A stretch of DNA of 64,000 bases from a virus (Duplodnaviria; Caudoviricetes). Location: positions 1-64,000 of the IMG/VR virus record IMGVR_UViG_3300012157_000001. One strand, written 5' to 3'. Numbering within the stretch: position 1 is the first letter of the stretch; each line of letters opens with the position of its first letter. Below, piece by piece: positions 57,554-64,000 of the stretch. A program made the position numbers and the translations under genes. Under the pieces are notes generated by a model. The model ran no database searches and was not told where the DNA came from. It saw only the letters and a program-made list of their open reading frames with translations.

Positions 57554-59032
57554 ATGAGCGTATACCGGCAGCCCACATTCTTCGTGCGACGGCCTCCGTT
57601 CCTGCCGTCGAAGGTTCAGCCAGGAGTCACGCCGCTTGTCACGGTGTCCGCGGACGGTCGCTACCTCATCGACGCAGCGGGAAAGCCATTTCGGTTTCAG
57701 TGCGAGGCGGCATGGCCGTCTACGACGCGCGCGACGCTCGCGGAATACGACACGTACTTTCAGGACCGCAAAGCACGTGGCTTCAACACGATCCTCATTA
57801 TGGCGATCGTGCAAGAGGGAGGCTCGTACTCGTGGCAGCGAGCGAACCAAAATGGTGATGAGCCGTTCACGACCGTCGGGCACTTCGACACGCCGAACGA
57901 CGACTACTTCGACTTTCTCGAAGCTGTGATTGATCTCGCGGCGAGCTACGGCCTGCTCATCGTGCTCGCGTACACCTACGTGGGCTTCAACGGCAATCAG
58001 TTCGGCGAGGGCTGGTGGACGGACGTCGCTGCCTCTCACAATACGGAGAGCGTTTGCTACGGCTGGGGCCAGTACCTCGGCAATCGGTTCAAGAACAAGG
58101 CGAACCTGATCTGGTTCTCGGGCGGCGACTACACGATGCCCGACGATGCGACGCGCGCGAAGTACATCAAAATCATGGACGGGATCCGCTCTGTCGGAGC
58201 AATCCAGCTCGCCGGCAGCGAATGGGGCTATCCCGATTCGATTGCAGTCGACCAGGCCGGATACACCTACGGAACGGACCCGAGCGTTGCCGCGCAAAAC
58301 CTCAGCACGTTCTATGCGCAAGGTCAGGGGCAGAACGGCCAGGACTACGGCGCCGCAGATCGATCGTGGGCGGCATCGCCGACGCTTCCGACAATCGCCG
58401 AAGAGGTGATGTGGGCATACGGAACGTACGCGCCGATCGACTCGTCGCGCGCGCCGATTCGCAGGTATCAGCACTGGGCTGTCACCGCCGGGAGCACCGC
58501 GGGAACGTTTTGGGGTGTATGGGACATTGCTGACTGGCACGTGACTGGGACGCCGAAGCTCTGGGAGCAGGCGCTCACGGACATCGTGTCGCTCGACCAG
58601 GCGCGCGCGTTCGAGTTCTACCGACACATCCCGTGGTGGCGCATGCGTCCGAGCGGCACGGCTTCCGGTTACGCGGGCCGGGAGTTGATCGTGTCGGGCA
58701 TCGGGACTGGGGATTCGAAGATCACGTCGTCGATGACGAGCGACGGCATGTGCCTCATCGCGTACGTGCCACCTACCGGAACGGGGGCGACGACGTTCTC
58801 CGTAGACCTTAGGTCGATGTTCGACACGGCGAGGGCGTCGTGGTGGAACCCGACGACAGGTGACTACCAGTCCATCGGTGCGTTCGACAACACGCTTTCG
58901 GCGCAGTCGTTCACGACGCCCGGCGACAACGGAACGGGCTCAAACGACTGGATGCTTCTGCTGGAGGTCGCTACGTCGCTGCCGGCGGTCGCGGCTCAAC
59001 GGACCTTGCGTAACACGCTCTTGAGAATGTAA
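57554..59032 (+). CDS. Glycoside hydrolase-like protein (DUF4038/apiosidase-like TIM barrel plus C-terminal beta domain)
   Basis: VSADGRYL..A.GKPF, Y..DRKARGFNTI, YLGNRFK...NLIW..GGD, WWNPTTG, TPG.N..G.NDW.L. Confidence 0.75.
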   Translation: MSVYRQPTFFVRRPPFLPSKVQPGVTPLVTVSADGRYLIDAAGKPFRFQCEAAWPSTTRATLAEYDTYFQDRKARGFNTILIMAIVQEGGSYSWQRANQNGDEPFTTVGHFDTPNDDYFDFLEAVIDLAASYGLLIVLAYTYVGFNGNQFGEGWWTDVAASHNTESVCYGWGQYLGNRFKNKANLIWFSGGDYTMPDDATRAKYIKIMDGIRSVGAIQLAGSEWGYPDSIAVDQAGYTYGTDPSVAAQNLSTFYAQGQGQNGQDYGAADRSWAASPTLPTIAEEVMWAYGTYAPIDSSRAPIRRYQHWAVTAGSTAGTFWGVWDIADWHVTGTPKLWEQALTDIVSLDQARAFEFYRHIPWWRMRPSGTASGYAGRELIVSGIGTGDSKITSSMTSDGMCLIAYVPPTGTGATTFSVDLRSMFDTARASWWNPTTGDYQSIGAFDNTLSAQSFTTPGDNGTGSNDWMLLLEVATSLPAVAAQRTLRNTLLRM

Positions 59033-59059
59033 CATCGAAGGAAAGGAATCGGAAACATC

Positions 59060-59527
59060 ATGGGCAGAGTATACACGGCGGTTTTTCAGGCAGCGGCGGT
59101 CTCCGCCGCGCAAGATCTGTTCATGCTCCTCGCGAGCTCGACGGTGCCGATCAAGATCCATGCGATCTACATCGGGCAGTCGTCCGACGCGGGGGATGCT
59201 CAGGATGAGCTCCTGCGCATCACGTTGAAGCGCGGCATGTCGACGAGCGGCTCGGGAGGGAGCACACCGACTCCGGTGGCGCTCAATCCGGGCGACCCTG
59301 CAAGCGGCGTCACGGCGCACGCGAACGACACGACCGCCTCCTCGGGAGGTACCATCGTCGTGCTCGACGAGCAGTGCTTCAACGTGCGAGCGGGCTACGT
59401 GTACGTGCCGACGCCGGAGGCGCGCCCGGTCGTGCCGGCAGGAGGCAGGCTTGCGGTGAACCTCCCTACGGCGCCCGCGGATGCGCTCACGATGAGCGGC
59501 ACGATCTATTTCGAGGAGCTCGCCTAA
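59060..59527 (+). CDS. Small beta-barrel-like protein, candidate virion component
   Basis: SD AAGGA; alternating beta pattern ending SGTIYFEE. Confidence 0.55.
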   Translation: MGRVYTAVFQAAAVSAAQDLFMLLASSTVPIKIHAIYIGQSSDAGDAQDELLRITLKRGMSTSGSGGSTPTPVALNPGDPASGVTAHANDTTASSGGTIVVLDEQCFNVRAGYVYVPTPEARPVVPAGGRLAVNLPTAPADALTMSGTIYFEELA

Positions 59528-59531
59528 GAGC

Positions 59532-60047
59532 GTGCGCGTCTACCGGCCGGAGTTCCGCGCTCCGCTACGGGCTCCCCTCATCGCGGCGATTGGAACGAAG
59601 CCGCCCCAGAGCGGGGAGTGGAGGCAGTACGCCCGCTCGATAGACACTACGGGCGGCGGGTTCGATACGGGCAGCGGCGGCTCGGTCACGTTTCGCGTGC
59701 GAACCGTCGGCTCGGAGCGCGAAGTCGAGTGCTACATCGCCTGGGGAGGCGCGGGCCTGTCGGCGGGTACGGGGGCGCTAGTCATCCCGATTTCAGAGCT
59801 CGACACGCTCAAACTGGTCGGCTCGCAGATGAAGGACGTTGGGGGCTCGCTCGACGTCATCTTTCTGGTGAGCGCACGCGACGGAGCGAGTCCAATCGCC
59901 GGGTTCGTCATGAACGGCAACGCGGAGGACGCTGCAACCTCGGTCATGGTGCCGGCTCAAACCGCCCTGGTGGCAGCGTTGGGTGCGCCGACGTCCGGGC
60001 GGACCTGGGCGCTGAAGTTCTCCGTGCCGGTCAGAGCAGTCGAGTAA
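59532..60047 (+). CDS. Candidate spike/fibre-tip protein
   Basis: Beta-like; N-terminus resembles that of 57554..59032. Confidence 0.5.
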   Translation: MRVYRPEFRAPLRAPLIAAIGTKPPQSGEWRQYARSIDTTGGGFDTGSGGSVTFRVRTVGSEREVECYIAWGGAGLSAGTGALVIPISELDTLKLVGSQMKDVGGSLDVIFLVSARDGASPIAGFVMNGNAEDAATSVMVPAQTALVAALGAPTSGRTWALKFSVPVRAVE

Positions 60048-60164
60048 ACAACTTTCTGGGCCGCGTAACGTCTCTTCTGGTACGTCGTCACAGTGACGCC
60101 GCTGCTGCCACTGGCAGCACCATGGCACGCTGCGTGCAAAGGACGAACCAACCAGGAGAGCCCC

Positions 60165-60503
60165 ATGCGTAAGAACATTGCCAGTGTAATCGATGCGTTC
60201 CACCACCGTGATTCGTACCAGGACAAGACGTGCCGCACGGACGGGAAAGCCATCTACTCGTATTCGCTTCTGATCGCGGTCCGGTACGGCGCCACGGTGT
60301 ACGTGCTCGACGAGTCGGAATCGCCTAGCCGCACAACTACCAGCCAGATCCGGGCGGTCCGCGCGGCCCTCCCGGACGCCAGGACGGCTGGCACCGAGGA
60401 GATGCTGCGCGGTCTCCTGGAAGACGAGCCCGACCGGGAAAGCGGCGAATTCGATACGGGCACGGCCCGTGGCTACCGGGAGGACTTCCACGCGGACGGC
60501 TGA
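60165..60503 (+). CDS. Stand-alone homolog of an internal module of 3371..6553
   Basis: SD AGGAG; RKN...VI.AF...KTC.TDG..YSY.LLIA...VLD...SPS.TT..QI.AV. Confidence 0.75.
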   Translation: MRKNIASVIDAFHHRDSYQDKTCRTDGKAIYSYSLLIAVRYGATVYVLDESESPSRTTTSQIRAVRAALPDARTAGTEEMLRGLLEDEPDRESGEFDTGTARGYREDFHADG

Positions 60504-60523
60504 GTTTCCAGCGCGTCACGCCC

Positions 60524-60570
60524 AAACGTCACGGTTGCGGCCGGGGTTACGCCCGGCCGTGACGTTTTGT
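60524..60570 (+). terminator. Probable intrinsic terminator
   Basis: AAACGTCAC...GGCCGGG/CCCGGCC...GTGACGTTTT hairpin. Confidence 0.5.
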
Positions 60571-60654
60571 GTCCCGGAGGGAAGACGCAGCCCTTGATCC
60601 CGTATGCTGTCACTGGCAGCATGGTCTGGCACAACCAGTGCACAGCGAGACAAC

Positions 60655-63600
60655 ATGAGCACGTACCGCATCATCCGTCACTTCCAGAATACCGACACGC
60701 GCCTGCGCGTCGTGAAGCGCGGGCTGACGCTCGAACAGGCCCAAGAGCACTGCCGCGATCCCGAGACGAGCAGCAGCACGGCGACGAGCTCGCGCGCTCG
60801 GAGCCGGACGCGCGAGCTCGGGCCCTGGTTCGATGGCTACCAGGAGGAACGATCATGAGCCGGCGCGCGGAAACGATCGCCACGGAGCGCTGGTGCGCAC
60901 GGCTATACCGCGGGGGCACGCAGGTGGACTCGTCACCGCTGTTGCGTAGCAAGGAAGCGGCGGTGCAATGGGCGCGCACTAGCAAGCGCGCCGAATTCCT
61001 CGACGTGCAGCTCTGGTGCCGCCCGGCTGGAAGCAGCAGGTACGAGGCGACGGGCATCGGCTGGTCGGCGGAAGTTCCGGAGCGCCTGCTTCGTAAGTAC
61101 GGCGAGGAACGTGGAGAACGGCCATGAAGACGATTCGGCTCAGCGACATGCTGACGGACGAGCAGATCCAGCAATGTGCAGCGCTGTACCCAAACCGGGA
61201 GCGTATTCGGGACGAGGTTGTCAAGCCGAACATGGCGGAGCTCGACCGAAGGCTCGGCCAGGAGAACGATCCGGACTACCTGAGCTACACGATCGTCTAC
61301 GTGCTCGGCGAAGCGCAGAGAAGGAGCATGTCGTGAGGAACGCGAAGCCGACGCTCAAGGCAGACGTTCTGAAAAACGCGAGGGGCTTGTCCCTTGGGGC
61401 TCCCGTCTCCGTCACGCTCGATGACGACCCGAAGCAGACCCGACGGTTCACGCCGGCAGAGCTGGACTCCCTCATTGGGCACGCGAAGCGCTCGGTGCGT
61501 GTCTACTACGTAGGCGTCGGCGTGCTGTGCGCGTTCACCGTGGGCGCAACGATAGGCGTCTTCTCCGGTCACCGGACCGAGCGGGTGCCGCCGCTGCCGC
61601 CACCGGTTCAGCCGACGTTAGTAACGCGCACGCTTGTTGCTAGGGAGATTCCGAGCGCGGCGCCGCCGTCGTCGGCGCGACCGCGGCTCTTGCGGAAGCG
61701 ACCGATGGTCGACGTCAAACAGCCGCTTTTCTCAGCCTACGAATCGATGTTGAACGAGGAGGACGATAACGATGCAAACCGCTGATCAGGAAACCGTGAA
61801 ACGAATGGAGGAGCACGAGGGACCCCGGCGCGTCGAGTGGGGCCATTGGGCCCTGACGTTCTGCCGAGGAAGCCGTGTGATAGCCGTACTGCACTTCCCG
61901 GTCGGTCCGGGTGGGCCCTCGGACGGCGCCCTCGGGTCGCCGTTGCGAGAGGCGTACTGCGAGGCGTGCCGTGCTTGGGTGGCACGTGGGCGGCTCCCTG
62001 AATCCGCCGTCCGTGCCGCAGCGCAGCTGGAAGGACGCGCATCGTGAGAGGCTGCTTTTACCACGTCGCGCCGCGCTACACGCCCGGGAGCCCCGCCATG
62101 GTGAGCGAGTGGATTGCTCGCCGTGTCGCCGAGCAAGAAAAGGTCTCCATCACGCACGCCCTTTCCGGAGCTTGGGGCGACCGGGAGAAGCTCCGGGCGG
62201 AGCGGCTCGGGCTCCGCGGCATCGCCGAACTGCGCGAGGAGACGAAGAAAGGGTGGCTGATTCTCGACCTCTGCACCGAGGAGCACCTGCTGAAGCTCTA
62301 CGACCCTGAGAAGGTCGGATACCGACAGTTCTACGACCTCGACACCGGCACGCAGCGCGCACTCAGAGTGGCGCCGCCGCCGGGCGTCGAGGAAGTCGAC
62401 CGCGAGTTTTACAAGCTCGACGAGGCGCTCGCGGCGCACCTCACGCAGCAGGTGCAGGTCTACCGGCCGGAGATGCTGAGCGAAGAAAGGCTTCTGGGGA
62501 TGTTTCCGAAGGCAGCACGAAGGAGAGTCTCCAAGTGACACGTGCGGAGCTCGTCGAGGCTGCATTTATCGCGCTTCAGGTGCGCGACCATATGAGAGAA
62601 GGTCGGGGCGCGCCGCTCGTCTCCGACATGGAGCGTTTCATCGAGGAAGCAGAGACCGTCGCTGAATTGTGCAAAGAGGCCAATGTCAGGCTTGCCGCGC
62701 GTCGTACGGTTCGGCCCTCGAAGCGGAGTGCAAAGGCGTCATGAGCGTGGAGGCCACATCGGCGCTCCTGGCAACCCTCGCCGCGGCCAGGAGGTCATCC
62801 GATCACGAGATCGAGAGCGCGATCAGTGAGCTACGTGCCGCGTACAAGCACATCGTTGAGGCTGCAGAGGTATCGGCGGCGCTCAACTTCGGGGTGGGTA
62901 AGTCATCATCGACGCCGATGACCGAGCTGGAGGACTACCTGGCGACCACGCGAGAGGCATTGGCGGAAATCACGATGGTGCTGATCGAGCTGCACCCGAA
63001 ACAAGCGGGTAACCTCGGCGTGAACCCGAGCCCAGCGTCGTTTGCAACCGATGCTCGAAACGGCATGCAGGTGAAGCGTCTCGCGAAATGGGAAGCCGAG
63101 GCGCTCCGAACGGTCGTTGTCGAGGCCCTTGCCGGCGACGCGAAGGCGTCACAATGAGCAAGCCGTCGTCACCAACTGTCCCCGCCGAGCAGCTCCCCCG
63201 CGCCGACGTCGCGTACCTGCTTCTGATCGCGAGGAGCGGTCCGTTCGTTGTGCTGCGCGTGCCGGCGGAGTGTGAGGTCACCGTGGGTCGCAGAGGCCGT
63301 GAGAGCCACGGCGGCCGGTATCTGCCGAAGTGGCCCGAGATCGTCAGCGGCGCCAAGGCGATCCTCGCGGAGCACGGGCTCCCTCCGGAGGACTTTCTGA
63401 TGCTCGATCGCATCGTAGAGCCGTGGGACTGGGCCACACCGTGGGGCGGCAAGCTCCTGATGGCCGACCTGCGGTTACGTGCGCTGAAGGCCGACGCGGC
63501 GTTCGACGGGCATCCAGAGGTGTATCGAAAGCACTACCTCTACGACTGGGTCGGCAAGGCGTTCACGCGCGTGCGGGGCCCGCTGGAAGAGCAGCAACCG

Positions 63601-64000
63601 GAAGCCGTCGAACCGAAAGGAACGACATGAGCCCGGAATGCTGGAAACGCCGCCTAGCAAAACTTGGGCTCGCGCTCACCGTCTACGATAGAAGCCACAT
63701 GCTTGGAGACGTGACGCAGGAATGGACCGTGTTCGTCGAACCGATAGATCGTTCTCGTAGCGACCCTCGGTTCCGACCCCTGATTGGGATTGCGATCCAT
63801 CAAAGTCGTGATGAAGCGATCCGGATCGCGGTCTCGGACTTCGAGTTCGCCGAGGCCGATCAGCTGCGCGAAAAGGTCGCGTTGGCGCTGGCCGGAGAGC
63901 AGAGGGCGTAGTGAACACGGGAATCGTCGCGGAAGAGCTGCGTGCTACCGCGGCGCTGCAGGGCGATGCTGCCATGGCGCTTGGACAAAGCATTCGAGAG
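60655..64000 (+). other. Run of ~11 small phage-type hypothetical genes (60655-60858, 60855-61127, 61124-61336, 61333-61785, 61772-62047, 62044-62538, 62535-62744, 62741-63157, 63154-63630, 63627-63911, 63911->64000)
   Basis: Continuous start/stop overlaps; no recognisable families. Confidence 0.6.

Noticed and set aside
1-64000. tRNA, rRNA, integrase, polymerase or packaging ATPase genes
   Set aside because: None recognisable by eye; they may lie outside the window

Overview
This 64-kb GC-rich window looks like part of a large bacterial virus genome, free or integrated. Essentially all credible genes are on the + strand, tightly packed, and driven by recurring sigma70-like promoters. I found no terminase, portal, tail, replication or integrase gene. 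Left half (1-31.1 kb): a morphogenesis-like module of about 35 mostly membrane-anchored proteins. It includes a transglutaminase-like Cys-His-Asp enzyme, an Arg-rich protamine-like core protein, candidate jelly-roll capsid proteins, peptidoglycan-binding proteins, two muralytic enzymes and a ComM-containing multi-module 'polyprotein'. These proteins share two short tags: (M/L/I/F/Y)xG(L/M/F)G, and Asn within a basic patch. The pattern suggests a tailless, membrane-containing virus with proteolytic maturation (inference). Middle (31.24-32.74 kb): a cas-less CRISPR-like array of about 21 repeats. The repeats keep an H-type pseudoknot through compensatory and G-U changes, and spacers fall into two length classes (36-39 nt and 18-21 nt). 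Right half: about 60 small accessory genes, two GT4-like glycosyltransferases, an FkbM methyltransferase, a DNA methyltransferase-Mrr fusion and a second small surface/spike island. A Myxococcota-like host is a weak guess from GC content and a Gly/Thr-rich lipoprotein. Family assignments are by eye from motifs; no searches were run.
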